Source: Plasmodiophora brassicae
Taxonomy: Eukaryota
Length of the DNA stretch: 64,000 bases
NCBI GenBank assembly: GCA_036867785.1
Contig: CP145415.1
Location: forward strand, 558,001 to 622,000
Reading direction: 5' to 3'
Part shown: positions 1-13,048 of the stretch, piece after piece
How the letters are laid out: the number at the start of each line of letters is the position of its first letter
Numbering within the stretch: position 1 is the stretch's first letter
Program-made: the position numbers and the translations under genes
Notes under the pieces: model-generated
The model's database searches: none
What the model saw: only the letters and a program-made list of their open reading frames with translations
Told to the model about the DNA's origin: nothing

Positions 1-2227
1 GGCATCCGGAAACGCGACGGCCGACTCTGTGTGCTCGCAGGAGCTGTGCCATTGCGTGCTGGACGGCGACGTCGTCCTGCCTGTGGCGCGAATCGTCGAC
101 GTTCGCTGTGACGATTTCCCGCTAACGACGTCGTGGCGCCTGGCCAACCCGGACCCCATCAACGCGCTGCTCGACAGCGAACTCTCGCCCATGGAACTGA
201 AGCTCGTATTGCAACCTGGAAGCGCCTGATTGCAAGTGGCGCATCTGACGTTGGTGGCAGAGGCGTGATGGGCCGTCGGCGAGGACGCCATCGATCGAGG
301 ACCTGCACAACGCGTTGCCGTCCTTCGACATGCGGCTCATGCCTGGCCTGCTCGGGCAACCTCCCAGCGAGCTTCGAATCCGGGTCGGCAATGCCGGCCG
401 GGTGCCATTCGACTGGGACCTACGCGGGCCGGCCACGCTGGATCTCGACCACGAGCTCTGGGTCGACCCGGAACAGTTGTCGGAGCAGGAACGTCAGTAC
501 CAGGAGGTGGTCAAGGCACGCGTTCTGACGTTCTCGCCGACACACGGCCACCTGGGCGTCGGCGAACACGTCGACATTGTCGTCGGCAGCAGCCATGTGT
601 CGATCGGGACGCCGGCGCTGGCATTGGTGTTCGATGTCGACCGCGGCAAGAAGGTCGTCTGGCATGTGTCGTCCGAGACGGTCTTCCACAGCATACGCCG
701 GCTGACGTTCCTATCGTCGTCATTCGACCTGCACCCGATGCCAATCGGGCTGCAGGCCGACGATGTCCCTGTCCAGACGTACCGTTTGTTCAACAACTGC
801 CCGTCCACGATCGCCTTCCGCATCGACAACGGCGCCTGGAACGCGCTGAACAAGGCGTCCTGCGAGTATCCGGTGCTGGAATGCCTGGACCTCGACGGCA
901 CCATCGACCCGCATTCGTACTTTGACGTTCGAATACGATTCCGGCCATTGCAGGCGATTGAATACCGGTAGGTCGAGGAGAGCGGGCTGTGCATGGAGGG
1001 ACACATGTTGAGCGCGCCCACAGCGCGGTACTATCAATCGACGTTGTGGACGGCGACACTGCTGCCGACCGGATCGAGTTCCGAGGCGTCGGCCATCATC
1101 CCAAGGCGACGATCCCCGTTCCGGTGACCAGCCGACCCGTGGAACCGGTGCCGTTGCCGAGGCAGGTCGCGGTCCTGTCGCCCTACGTACTGGACTTCAG
1201 CTCTGTCCACCCCCATTCGGTAACGCCGTTATTCGCCCGATGTGCTCATGCACGGGCCTGACACAGCTGCGCCTCAGGTGACGCATAAGGTTGCCCTGCT
1301 CGAGAACAGGAGCGCTGTGGACATCGCATTCGAGGTCGCCGAATTCGGCCGATCGGCGTCAATGTCCCACGTGGTGGTGGAACCATGCGTTGGTCATATC
1401 CCAGCTGGGCATCGTTGCCTGCTGCACGTCATGCTTCGTGCCGGGTCGGCACCTGAATTCCTGTCGGGCGCGTTTCGGTGCACGGTCACGGCGGTCGGCG
1501 AAGGCGACGTTGATGCACAAGATCCGTCGCCGACTCGTCCACGGGTGCCTGTTGCACGACAGAACACGGCCCGGTCCAGGTTGTCGTGTGCGACCAGGAC
1601 GCTGGACGCGCCGGTCGTCCAACTGACAGCCCAGATGCGGTCACGACGACATGTCCTGTGGATGGAGACGACAGGTCGAGTGGAATCGACAGGTGCGCCA
1701 GGAGCGTTTCTGGCGCCCTGCATCGACTACGACAGCAAGTTGGAAGACGCGGCGCCCGGTCAGGATCTGGTCGAGGAGATCAGAAAAGCGCTGGCGCGAA
1801 TTGTCGAATGCGTCATCGACAAAGACGTGTTCACGGAGGCGCACCAAGGCAAACCCGTCGAGATCCCCTACTTCGTCCACCTGCCCAAGAACGCGGAGGA
1901 CGGCGAACGACGGGCAGATCGGCTTGAAGACGTTCTTGGCCAGGTCACAGGCAACAAGCTCGAACGGCACGCTGTGGCGTAAGGCGGACCGGTGCGCTCA
2001 CCACGACCCCGTTTCGCTGAGGCTATGACAGGTTGATGGCACCGGCCCCGGTCGATGGGGCAGCGACCCATCCGCACCCGGCAATGAACTCGTCTAGGTT
2101 CCAGTCGCTGACGCAGCGCATCCTCCATGAGACGGTCTTCAACCTGATCAGCGAGATTGATTCCGGTGAATTCCGACTCGACGCCGCGCCGCGAGATGTC
2201 GTCGTCAAGGGCCTAACGTTTCAGTAA
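1..2227 (+). CDS. CFAP65: Cilia- and flagella-associated protein 65 (CCDC108)-like, 3' part; 5' end lies outside the window
   Basis: Spliced ORFs 29-229, 315-971, 989-1261, 1242-1982 and 2033-2227 joined by short GT-AG introns. Repeated MSP/ASH-like beta segments (ELWVDPEQLS..VLTFSPTHGHL; PVQTYRLFNN). C-terminus ILHETVFNLISEIDSGEFRLDAAPR resembles the CFAP65 C-terminus. Confidence 0.75.
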
Positions 2228-2303
2228 AGCGCATCGGGAGTCGGGAACGACTGAAACAATGCGGAAGGCCACTGGTCGGGAACCGGTCGCATACCTTGTA
2301 TTC

Positions 2304-3398
2304 CTACATGGGCGTTGTTTTCGCAATGTTGCTGAACCGTTCGCTGCTCTCGCGGACAAACTGGTTCAGGCGACCTTCTCTGGAGAATAGCTTGAGGAAG
2401 TCGTCGATCAGGTTGATGCTGTTGTCCATCCAGTAGCCGAGACTATCCGATATTTCGGTCACGTTGTCCTTGATGTTGTTCTTGATCTCGTCGACCTGTG
2501 CCAAAACGATCAGCCCGATGCCATCGAGCCACGACGACGAGCGCTCACCTGGCGTCCGACACGTTCTGCCATCTGAATCCGCTTCTCCCTCAGATACGAT
2601 ATATTCATGTCCTTTCGGGAGAATCCACGTGCAAGGTTCCGGCGAACTGTCACCGAATGCCATCAGAGCAGCCACAGGGGGGCAGTACTTCCAGGGGGGC
2701 CCTTTACCAAAGTTGTCATAGTCTTTGACAATGCGGTTAATCAGGTCGGACGTTGAGATGCCCTCCGTCCTACGAGGACAGTCAGCAGACGACGAGACGG
2801 ACAGCCACGACGTCGCGTACCGCTTCGTAGGGACAAACATGCCTTGCTGCTTGACGAAGGCGTAGACGTCGTCAGCAGCGCCGGACGCATCCGGATACAG
2901 GAGATCGTCATGGGCGACATAGTCGATCCGATGTTTCTCCAGGAACTCGTTGGTGAGAACCCACGGCGACCGCTCAATGATTTCGTCCACGTGCCGGCAA
3001 TGACGAACGCTTTCGATGCGTTCCTCCTCGGTCATGACCGTCTTGCCCTTGTAGCGATGCGTGTCCTCGTCGCTACAGATCCCCACGACCAGATGCACCT
3101 CACGCCCTGGGAAGATGTTCTTCGCCTGCTCGAGAACGCGGGCGTGCCCGAAATGGAACAAATCGAATATGCCATCGGCGAACACCCGGATCGGCCTGCC
3201 GACCGGCAGCGGGTTCATCGGCACCGCCTTCCGTTTCTTCACCGGCGACGCCGACACGGCAGCGGCAGCCGCCTCGCTGGCGGTCGCCCCCAACTGCGGC
3301 GAACCCGCCGCCGACCGCTTCCTCGACTTCTTCACCAACCCCCTCCCATCGCCGTCACCGGACGACGACGCCGCCGCCGCCGCCGTGTCCCCGCCCAT
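2304..3398 (-). CDS. PCYT1: Choline-phosphate cytidylyltransferase (CCT)
   Basis: [17 protein letters not shown] (HxGH motif), [46 protein letters not shown]. Basic NLS-like N-terminus. Several introns. Confidence 0.93.
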   Translation of the reverse strand: MGGDTAAAAASSSGDGDGRGLVKKSRKRSAAGSPQLGATASEAAAAAVSASPVKKRKAVPMNPLPVGRPIRVFADGIFDLFHFGHARVLEQAKNIFPGREVHLVVGICSDEDTHRYKGKTVMTEEERIESVRHCRHVDEIIERSPWVLTNEFLEKHRIDYVAHDDLLYPDASGAADDVYAFVKQQGMFVPTKRYATSWLSVSSSADCPRRTEGISTSDLINRIVKDYDNFGKGPPWKYCPPVAALMAFGDSSPEPCTWILPKGHEYIVSEGEADSDGRTCRTPGERSSSWLDGIGLIVLAQVDEIKNNIKDNVTEISDSLGYWMDNSINLIDDFLKLFSREGRLNQFVRESSERFSNIAKTTPM

Positions 3399-3675
3399 CG
3401 CGAATCGCGGAATGCGACGACGACGCGGCAGAGACTGCGTCGACGCGCTGCTGCGACTGGAACATGTGCGACCATGTCAACCCGTGAAAAAAAACACACA
3501 CAGAAAAATCGTCGCGGCCCACACAAAACAGCGGGCCAACGCGACACGAGCTGCTCTGGTGGCACGTCCACCCGCTGGACTTGGCCGAAAATCGGATGAA
3601 CGCGTCCGAGTCCGGCCGACGGCTGACTGAGGCGCCGGCGTTCACACTGGGACCACCGGTGCTGCGGGGCCGGAG

Positions 3676-4806
3676 ATGGCGACGGAGTTGCGGCTGGCGA
3701 TGGGGTCCTGCACCAAGCTGCACCCGCGCAAGGGCCACGACGCGTGCCTGCACGACGCGGTCGGCTGCGTTGACGCGGTCGGCGTGGCGGACGGGGGTCG
3801 GGCCGCCCGCATCGGTCCACGACCCCGGGTCGGGTCACTGACGGCCCTGTCCCATGGCAGTGTCGATGTCCGCGCTGGATGGGCACCCGGAGATTGTCGC
3901 CAGGGAGCTGATGCAAGGGTCGTTCCGCGCGATTCGAGAAGCCTGGGACACGGACCATCGTGTCATCACACCGACGGAGTAGGGAGGCGGCCGCGTTTAC
4001 GTGTCGCGACACTCTGACCGGGCCCATGGGACAGGGCTCTCCAGTCCGCGTTTGATACGTTGGTCCAGGACCAAGTTCGCGGTAGCAGCACGGCTACGCT
4101 GGCGATCTTCGCCGATGGCACTCTGCGGACAGTCAACGTCGGCGATTCAGGCTTTATGGTCATCTTTGATCATGGCGACGCGTCTGTCCGGTCGAAACGC
4201 CAGCAGACAGTGGCCTACGAAGACGGATGTAGTTGGAGGAAGAGGTCTGTGTTCTGTCGGATACGACGCTCGTTCTTGCCGTTGCTGAGGGCATGGCCGG
4301 CGCAGGCACCTCTTGCCCAGGGTACGCATCGCGGTTCCCCATCAGCTGAACCCGGTGGCGTTCCTTGAGCATCGCAGACAGCGACTGCACCCCAGGGATA
4401 CGCCACGAGTGGATCCCAGTCTGCGTATTTACGACGGCTGTGGGAATCGGTTGCGCGACGACGAGGTCGGCGAAATCGGGATCAACGAGCCCTCCGACGG
4501 CGATACCATGGAGCTGAAGCTGAATGAATACGGTCGCGTGCGCGTTGCCCGTCCCTGCCCGCGCCGCCCTAACGTTGCCCGGCAGATGTTGTTGTGGCCG
4601 GGACCGATGGCCTTTGGGATTACGTCACCGACAACGCCGTCGAGAACGTGTGCAGGGCGCACCACGATGAAGACCCGGAACGGCTTGCCGAACGCCTCGC
4701 TGGCATGTCGCTGGATGCGCAGATGGGCATCCGGGAAGGGCCCATCGACGACATCACCGTCGTCGTCGCGCGCGTCACGCGCGTCGACGTTGCCAGCGGC
4801 GGCTGA
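3676..4806 (+). CDS. PP2C-family phosphatase, PTC7-like
   Basis: Spliced motifs AVGVADG, GSSTATLA..LRTVNVGDSGFMV, VVAGTDGLWD, DDITVVVARV. Confidence 0.85.
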
Positions 4807-5038
4807 TGGTGCCCCGCTCCCCACGTGTCACTACACCGCCTATCGTCCGTCACCTCGCGGCTCTGCCCCTGCTCCCGTCATCCAGCGCGCCACCTGCGAA
4901 ACGTAAACCGACGTCGGCGCTGACGCCAACGCGAGCGGCGGTCCCCCCAGGGGAAGGGGCAGCGCACGTATCGTTAGCCGGCGGCGCGATACGTTCGCTG
5001 TGGGAGAGCGTGTCACGTTGGCATTGGCGGTGCGGACG

Positions 5039-6766
5039 ATGGGGACGTACCTGGTCGACGGGCTGGCGTCGCTGGACGACGTCCTGGCCGGCGCCGTCGG
5101 GCAGTGCGGCCTGAGCGTCCTGGACCCGGCCGTGCGACGCGCCCGTGACGTGCTCGACAAGCAGTACTTCTGGAACGCCAGCGCCCTGCGCCTCAAACGC
5201 CAGATGGCCGGCAGCTGGCGCTGGCTTCTCCAGGTCGTCCGCCCCGCTCGTGCTTCGTGTCGCGCTGTGTGTCTGACGTCGTGCGAACAGGACCCGTTCG
5301 CGCTGCCGATCGGCCTGGCCGACATGATCAGCAACCTGCTGGACGGGACCACGAACCAGGCGCTGCTGGTGCTGTCGCCGGCCGAGTCGCCCGCTGTGGC
5401 CCCGTTCGAGAGTGGGCACCCGTCGATGTCGCCGGGGCCGGCGGCCTGCTCCCCAGCGGCGCCCGACGCGAACAACGCTGCGGGCGCGTGCACCGCCAGG
5501 GCGTCGAAGGCCCGGACGACGGAAGCTGTCGAGAGCTTTGTGGCCGGGCTTCGTGGCCTGTCGGAGGACCTGGTCGACGACGCCGCCGCGATGCTCAAGG
5601 GCATGTACCAGCCGCCGGGGGAACCGATGCACCTCAGCCAGCACGTCAGCGTCGAATGCAGGCGGTATCCCGTCGAGGAGCGGCTCGTCTCGTACCGGAT
5701 CGTCGACCCGGTGAACGACGCCGTGTTCGTCCCGATCCAGACGACGATCCGGCTGATCAGCGGCGCCCTGCTCGGCTACGAACAGGCGCATCCCGTCGAG
5801 GTGCAACTCGGGCAGCGCTGCCGATCCAAGAAGAAGATCGCCCGGCTGCGCGTGTCGAAATCGATGGTCGCCGCTGCGACGTCGTTGACGGGCGCCGGCA
5901 AGACCTGGGACCACACCGTGTGCTGTTCGCTCGTCGACATCGTCAGCGAGTTCGCCCAAACGGTTCCTGATTTCGCGAGCGGATGGCCCGCCGTCCGGTC
6001 ATGGCTCGCACGTCTCGGCATCCCCGTTGACGAGGGCGTCGTTCACGCCAACACGGGCAAGCCGCTGACGGTTGCCGACATGCTTCGGAACCAGCGGAAT
6101 GCCCTGCGATCGCGGCGCTCGCTGAACAGGTACGCGGTGAAGCCCGGTGGCCCAAACGGTCGGCCCGCTCTGATGCCTCGTAGTCTCAGCGCCGGCGACG
6201 ATCGAACCGGCGACCCCGGCCGGCGACACGTTGCTGCTGAACTGAGCAGCAGTGAGGAGGAGCAGGACTTCATACGCGACGTTCGCCAGCGGCAGGACGA
6301 CGATTCGGAAGGTGCTGATTCGGATGCATCGGGCAACGTGTCGAGGGGGGCGCGCGGGGAAGAACGTAGGCACAGACGTTGCCGTCCATGGCGGTGCCGC
6401 GATCGTCTGACTGTGTTGGTCACAGTAAGCGACGCGGACAGCAGACCTGTGAAGGTGCACCGCTCGGGCCTGGCGCTGGATGTTCTTGCTGCAGCCAGGG
6501 CGGCCGCCGCTGCGGCCATTGCTGGGCGACCGCCGGATGGCCCTGGAACAACGTCCACGTGAATACAGGTGCCTCTGTACATAGGTGGTCTCGATGTCGT
6601 TTGCGTCGAGAAGGTCGGCGAGCACGGGCGAGGAGAGTGCCGAAACTCGATAAGCGAGCCGTTTCGTGCAATGCAGATGCAGAGCCAGGACGCGGACGAA
6701 TCAAGCAACTTGGGAAGCGAAACGTTTTACTGCGGGATGGGTCAGGAAGGCTGGAGGGGATGCTGA
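5039..6766 (+). CDS. Hypothetical protein of unknown function
   Basis: Long GC-rich ORF 5000-6562 with first ATG at 5039 and a likely intron near 5234-5290 (gtcgtc...ctgac...aacag). Acidic C-terminal part. The 3' exon structure and the end at 6766 are uncertain. Confidence 0.55.
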
Positions 6767-6799
6767 TCGGATGGGCGAACGCAGTGTGTCGCAAGCGGG

Positions 6800-7948
6800 T
6801 CACATGGCGAGCAGATTGTCGAGCGCCTCGCGGATCTTGGCGAAGTCAGCTCCGACGACGGTGTGAACCTTGACGCCGTTGTTGAAGAAGAGGAAGGTCG
6901 GCATCCCCGTGATTTCATGGCCGCATTCGACCTTTTCCGCGTTGACCTTGTAGAAGCGAACCGCCGACGTGCCCTGGGCCAGCTTCTCGATCGACGGCGC
7001 AATCGCCTTGCAGGGCGGGCACCAGTCTGTGTAGAAGTCCACAACGCATTTCGTGCTGGGCTGCTCGATTGCCGCTGCGAACTCGGCAGCGCTGACCAGC
7101 GGGTCGACACCGCGGGCACCATCGACAGCAGGAGGGATCATGGCGGCGCTCGCCTCCGCCATATGCTTCGCCAGCATCTGGCCCATCACTGCACCCTGAA
7201 CAGACTTGTACGTCTGACGCAGGTCGACGTATCTCTGGAGCAGGTCCGAAGTGACCACATCAGTCGAGTCCGGAGCCATGAAATTGTTTCGGCGAACAAA
7301 GTTGTACGTTGCCAGGAACTGCCCAGGATCGGTGGCGTGCAGCGCAATCACGGCCGGTAGGACGTCATCGTTCAGCTCCTTGCAAACATCGTACATATCA
7401 CTAGGAAAGGTGGTCATTTGCAATGCATGACTGAACGCAGATATCGCCCCATACCGATACTCAATATATTCGTCAAGAGCGGCCTGCGTCGTTTCAAGCG
7501 AAGTCTTGAGATGACGGAGGCAGAATTCCACAGCAGACTTATCGTCGGCATCGTCGGGGATGGCGGGCAGAGACGACCATGCACACTGAACGGCATTGCA
7601 GCTGTTGAGAATCTTGGACTTCAGATGGTCTTCCGCATCAGCAGCGTATCCATCATGAGCCCACTGAACCAGACCGAGGAGCTCTTCGTCATCGCAGGAG
7701 AGGCTTTCCTGCACGGCGTCTATCATTGCGGTGTACGCAGCAGAGAAGCCTTCCAGGCGAGCCTTGACGAGCGGTTCCTTCTCTATTAGAGGAGACACCA
7801 TCTGTTTCGACCACACGTCGACGCAAGACTGGAACGTCTGCACTAGAGCGGTCATTAGCTCTCGGACGGCCGCGGCACGGTCCTGATCGCTATCCATCCT
7901 ATCCGGAACCTCGACCGTCCAAACAGCATACCCGGACGGGAGGCTCAT
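6800..7948 (-). CDS. Thioredoxin (WCPPC) with an N-terminal helical domain resembling the PA28/11S proteasome activator
   Basis: Single 382-aa ORF. The C-terminal ~105 aa is a clear thioredoxin (VVDFYTDWCPPCKAIAP..FYKVNAE..GMPTFLFF..VVGAD). The PA28 similarity is a by-eye alignment only. Confidence 0.85.
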   Translation of the reverse strand: MSLPSGYAVWTVEVPDRMDSDQDRAAAVRELMTALVQTFQSCVDVWSKQMVSPLIEKEPLVKARLEGFSAAYTAMIDAVQESLSCDDEELLGLVQWAHDGYAADAEDHLKSKILNSCNAVQCAWSSLPAIPDDADDKSAVEFCLRHLKTSLETTQAALDEYIEYRYGAISAFSHALQMTTFPSDMYDVCKELNDDVLPAVIALHATDPGQFLATYNFVRRNNFMAPDSTDVVTSDLLQRYVDLRQTYKSVQGAVMGQMLAKHMAEASAAMIPPAVDGARGVDPLVSAAEFAAAIEQPSTKCVVDFYTDWCPPCKAIAPSIEKLAQGTSAVRFYKVNAEKVECGHEITGMPTFLFFNNGVKVHTVVGADFAKIREALDNLLAM

Positions 7949-8202
7949 GGTACGTACACGGTAGGCAGGAAGATCAAGGAGACTGCTACAATTCGAGTGC
8001 AGATGGAGAGTGGCTCACAGCGGCCGCCGCTCGGCGTATTCCGGTATCCCGTCGCCTCGCAATGCTAAATACGTTCAGGCGCCGTTTTCAACGCATTTAT
8101 CGAACGATCGTTTCGAACTCGCGACGGATGGGTGGCAGGACGATGTTCGATCGCCGAAGCACCGCGCACTACGTCGCCCAAGCTGGCTATGGTTAACCGT
8201 CC

Positions 8203-8631
8203 ATGGCGCGGTTGACACATCTTGCTCGGTCGTCACACGACATGCTTCGAAAGGTTAACCCGGAGATAGCGGCGCGGCTGACAGTGGACGCGTAGTCGCT
8301 GAAGGACGCGGACGAGAGGCTGTGCGCATCAGTCCTCGTCCTGAACGCGAAGCTGCAGAGGGAGCACCGTCAACAGACGCTTGAGATGGGTGAGACGAAG
8401 AGCCTACTCAGGCAGACGATGGCGATCGGGCAGACCGACGTGGCAGCACCAGGAGATGATCTTGGTATGCGACCGCCAGCTGCCAATGCTCCTGCCTGCG
8501 CCTCAACAGTCGTCAGTCATCGCCCAGGGACGTACGCTGGAGCAAGCAATGGCAAAGTGAGCGTCGTCACTGCGTTCCACGGCTGGTTCGCCGGCGGCTT
8601 CAGAAATCTAGCGAAGAAGCCGGCTTCTTGA
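8203..8631 (+). CDS. Small hypothetical protein (2 exons)
   Basis: ATG at 8203. A 42-nt intron at 8254-8295 (gttaac...ctgac...cgtag) joins MARLTHLARSSHDMLRK to SLKDADERL... in frame with ORF 8386-8631. Confidence 0.4.
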
Positions 8632-8977
8632 AAGCAGGGCTCTGATGCCATAACCTTTATCTAAACGACGTTCTTATGAATGAATTTGCACGTATTTGGT
8701 GCGTATTCTTCTGGAGCGGTTGCTGCGGGCTCCCACAGAGTCGTCCTTCGCACAGTTTCGCACCGTAACACCATGAAGTCTCCATCGGATTGGCAGCCGG
8801 GCGCCAGGGGTTCCGATTGGTGCCCGTTGACCCCGAATGCTGCGTACAGCGGAGCGATGAGACAGAACACGGCCAACGACCTCCAACGCCTGGCGTGCTC
8901 GGAGTCGCCAACGAAGGAGCGACGTCGAGGCCGGGGAAGTCCGTGACGGGGTTGCGGTGTCCGCCACGGATTGCCGC

Positions 8978-11246
8978 ATGGGTCGCCGCCCTCAGGACCG
9001 CAGGTTACGCCTGCCCGATGCTCTGGCCGCCGAGATCGCCTCGGCCAGTGACCCGGGACGGCACTTCACCAAGCAGAAGCGTCAGCGGTCCCGTAAGGAA
9101 GTCAGGAAAGCTGAGCGCGCTGCTAAGAAACAGCGCCGAAACGCTCATGCGAGGCCTGCTGCAGGGCAGGCACCGCCGACTCCAGCGGTAGCGTCTAAAC
9201 CGAATACCAAAGACGCGGTCAGACCTGTCAAACTCGCCCGAACCACCGCTAACCGTCTTCCGCGGATGCCGCTTAATCTTGACGACGATGTCAGCGACAT
9301 TGACGCTGAAATTGCCATGCTGGAGAAGAAGCTTGGAAACAGCGATAAGCTCAAGAAGGAGCTCGAAGACGATGGGCTCGAATACCTCCATGACGTCATC
9401 GACAACTTGGGCAAAGCCTCCGATACCAACGATGGTGACGAACAGTCGGGTGATGATGAAGTTGCGATGTCTGACGACGATGCCGACGACGAGGAACGCC
9501 TCGTTGCGATCCAGGAAGCGACTGAGAAACGCAAGCGTAAGCAAGCTCACCTGTATGGCGATGAGAGTGTTGTCCGGGCAGAGAGCGCGTACGTCCCTCC
9601 ACACGCCAGGGCTGCTCGCGTCGAGACGGGCCTGACGAAGATGATCACTGGTCAACTGAACCGGTTGTCTGTGGATAACATCGAGACAATCGCAACAACG
9701 CTGAAGACGGTCTTCGAGTCGCATCCGCGCGGTACACTCTGCGACATCATCGCGCAAGTGTCTCTCGGTCTGGTCCTATCGTACAGGACGACCTCTCCGC
9801 CGCCTTCGATACCTGCCCTGATCACGTACCTGACCGCTCACTGTGGCAGCGAAGTCGCAGCTGGCTTCTTGGAGCGCCTCGCTCCTGCGCTTGTCGACGC
9901 TCGCCAGTCTGGTACGAACGACTCGGTGCGTAACCTGTCCGACACATTCAATGATGATGATTTCTTAACGTGTCGCTGTAGGGCCTGCCGTCAGCATTAC
10001 GGGCAGGAAACCTTGTAAGAACCCTGTCGAGCTTATACGAATTCCAAGTGATCGACTGCGGTCTAATCTACGACCTGATTCGGTTGTTCGCGAGCGGGCT
10101 CACAGAGGTCGATGTCGAGCTCCTGTTGGTCCTGTTAACGGGGTGCGGGCGGCAATTACGTCGCGACGACCCAGCTGCCCTGAAAGAGATCATTGTTCTG
10201 ATCCAGAGCAAGACGGTCGGTGACCAGCCGACCCGGGTCCAGTTCATGCTGCAGACGATCTACGACCTGAAGAATAACAAGATCCGCGTGCATGAACAGC
10301 ATGACGAATCGCTTCGCAACTGGCTGGCGCAGATCTGTGGCCCTAAGTCTGCTGAAACCCAGCTCCATGTCTCGTGGCAGGACCTGACCGCCGACCACAA
10401 ACGAACCGGGAGGTGGTGGCTCGGCAGCGCGAAGCGCTCGACGACGTTCTCGGAAGCGAAGGAGTCCCCTGATGATCGCGTAAAGGTATTGGAAGACGAC
10501 CGCTGGACGCTCATTGTGTCTTATCGGGTGCTAGGCGATTGTGGAGAAAGATCCCGACCTGCTGGCAAAGGCACGTGCCCGACGCCTGACGACTGACGTG
10601 CAACTCGCCGTGTTCTGCATCATCATGGGGTCCAGCGATTACCTCGACGCATTCGAGAAGCTGGTGCGACTGGGGTTGCGCCCGCCTGCCGACAGGGACG
10701 TCGTATTTGTCCTGTTCGATTGCTGCGGGCATGAGCGGGCCTGGAACCCATTCTACGCGTTCCTGGCCGCCAAGCTGTGCTCCTTCCATCGTGCCATGAA
10801 GTTTACGTTTCAGAAAGGTACGTGAACGGGTTCTTTTCTGGCTGCCGATGACTGACCGTTGCTGGACAGCGTTTCGGGATGTGTTCAAGACGCTGCCAGA
10901 GAGCAACAAGCGGCGAGCGGCCAATCTTGGACACCTGCTAGCGCACCTGATCGGCCAGTTTTCGATATCGTTGTCGCATCTGAAGATTGTGGATCTCGCT
11001 GCGTGTCGTGACACGCCGACAACTGTATTCTTCATCGTCCTGTTCAAGAGCCTGCTCCAGCTGCCCGACCGGGTCGTCGGCGCCTGCTTCGAGCGTATTT
11101 CGGCGTCGTCCGAGCTGCAGACGCTTCGCGACTCGATGGCCGTCTTCATCCACAGGCACCTGACTCCACTTCCGAACCTGGCACCTAAGATCTCTCTTGC
11201 TCTGCGCTGCATGGAGAAGACGTCCGCCCTCGAATCCGTTATATAA
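8978..11246 (+). CDS. NOM1: Nucleolar MIF4G/MA3 domain protein (NOM1/Sgd1)
   Basis: Basic then acidic N-terminus, AYVPPHAR, ITGQLNRLSVDNI (MIF4G), GRQLRRDDPAALKEII, GRWWLGSA, VFCIIMGSSDYLDAFEKL, WNPFYAFLA (MA3). Confidence 0.9.
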
Positions 11247-11435
11247 ACTGGTTGGATGACGGTACGAGACATTGGCCAGACGGTGCTCGGCCGAGGGGCC
11301 AACCTGGCGGAGAGGATCGGCGATAGGCCGATAGCCGATAGGTAACCTAAACGCCAAGTTGCGCCCCCGTGGCCCGGACAGTTCCGTGATCCGCCCACGG
11401 ACTCCGTGACGGACTTGCTGGAGCAACCTCGAGAG

Positions 11436-12832
11436 ATGAAGGTGAAGGCCTTAACCAGGGCCTCGTCAGACTACGTGGGTCGTAGTGGTGATGTGTACCG
11501 CCTACCTCGGAATGCATCGCCGGCCGTGCACCCGTTCCATCGTGAACGTGAGTACACGCGCGCGCTTCAGGCCACCAAGCTAGATAAGATCATGGCGAAG
11601 CCGTTCCTGTGCGCGTTTGACCAGCACAGCGACGCGGTTCAGTGCCTGGCGACGCATCCGCGCCGGTTGCGGTCGTTGTACTCGGCGTCAGCCGACGGCG
11701 AGCTTAAATCATGGGATCTCTCGAACCGGGAGCTGCTGTGGAGCGTTGGAGCTCATGACGGGTTCGTGCGGGGTTTGGCGTGTACCTCCACGTCAAACTG
11801 TCTGGTGACATGTGGCACTGACCGAACCGTCAAAGTATGGGATCTGGACGAGTGCGATGCCAGGCCGAATGCGATCACGCCGGTGAAGACTCTGTTGGGA
11901 TCTATGCCATTCACTGGCGTCGATACGCATTGGAGGGACGATTCTGCCGTCGTCACCTGCGGGTCCCAGGTAGACGTATGGTCCTTGGACAGAAGCGATC
12001 CTGTGCACTCCTTCAAATGGGGCGCGGACACCATCACGACCGTCAAGTTCAACAAGGTCGAAGTTGATATCCTCGCGTCATGCGCGTCCGATCGCAGTGT
12101 TACGCTGTACGACACGCGACTGAAATCGCCTATCCGGAAACTGATCCTCACCATGTGCTCGAATGCGCTGGCATGGAATCCAATGGTATGCCCCGGTCGA
12201 ATGCCCGTTACCGACATCGTGAGCTGATTATTGCTGTGCAGGAGCCGTTCAACTTTACGGTGGCGAACGAGGATACTAACCTGTACACGTTCGATATGCG
12301 GAAGATGGACATTGCGAGGAACGTCCACAGCGACCATGTCGCTGCTGTCATGGCCGTCGATTATGCACCGACGGGCAGGGAGATCGTATCAGGCGGGTAC
12401 GACCGCGCCGTTCGGATATGGGCCGATGGCGAAGGGCGCTCCCGTGAAGTTTACGTTGCGCGGCGCATGCAGCGTATCCTGTCTGTCAAGTTCTCTGCTG
12501 ACAACCGGTTCGTTCTGTCCGGCAGCGACGACACGAACATCCGCCTGTGGAAGGCGCAAGCGTCCAAGTCGCTGCAAGCGATGCTGCCGCGCGAGAAACG
12601 CCACCTCCAGTACCAGGACCGGCTGAAAGCGCGGTTCGCCCACGTCAAGGATGTGCAGCGTATCGCCCGGCACCGGCACCTTCCCTCCGCCATCTTCAAG
12701 GAGCAGAAGAAGATCCGCGTCGTCGAGGCGTCCCAGAAACGCAAGGAATCGAACCGGAGGTCGCATTCCAAGCCGGGCGCGGTCCCATTCGTCCCCAGGC
12801 GTGTCAAGAACATCGTCAAGGTCGAGGAATAA
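11436..12832 (+). CDS. DCAF13: DDB1- and CUL4-associated factor 13 / Sof1 (WD40, U3 snoRNP)
   Basis: MKVKALTR..HPFHREREYTRALQATKLDKIMAKPF, WD40 repeats, Sof1 C-terminus (RIARHRHLP..SHSKPG). One intron at about 12186-12241. Confidence 0.95.
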
Positions 12833-13048
12833 AGCATGCGCCTTGGTGTCTACAGGCGCTGCGGCGCCGACACTGTGAAGTTATGTGACGTATTCGACGT
12901 GACAGTTGCCAGCTGTCCGTACTGGGCGGTGCTATTTTAGGGCGCGCACCACTCCGCCGCCCAAACTGCGCCGTTGACTCGAACCGTCGGCGACATCGCC
13001 CAAGGCGGTCGTTGCTATTTCAGAACTGCACGTACGTCGCGAACGATC

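Noticed and set aside
8661-8876. Short minus-strand ORF with a hydrophobic N-terminus
   Set aside because: It starts at TTG with no nearby in-frame ATG, and it lies in the NOM1 upstream region.
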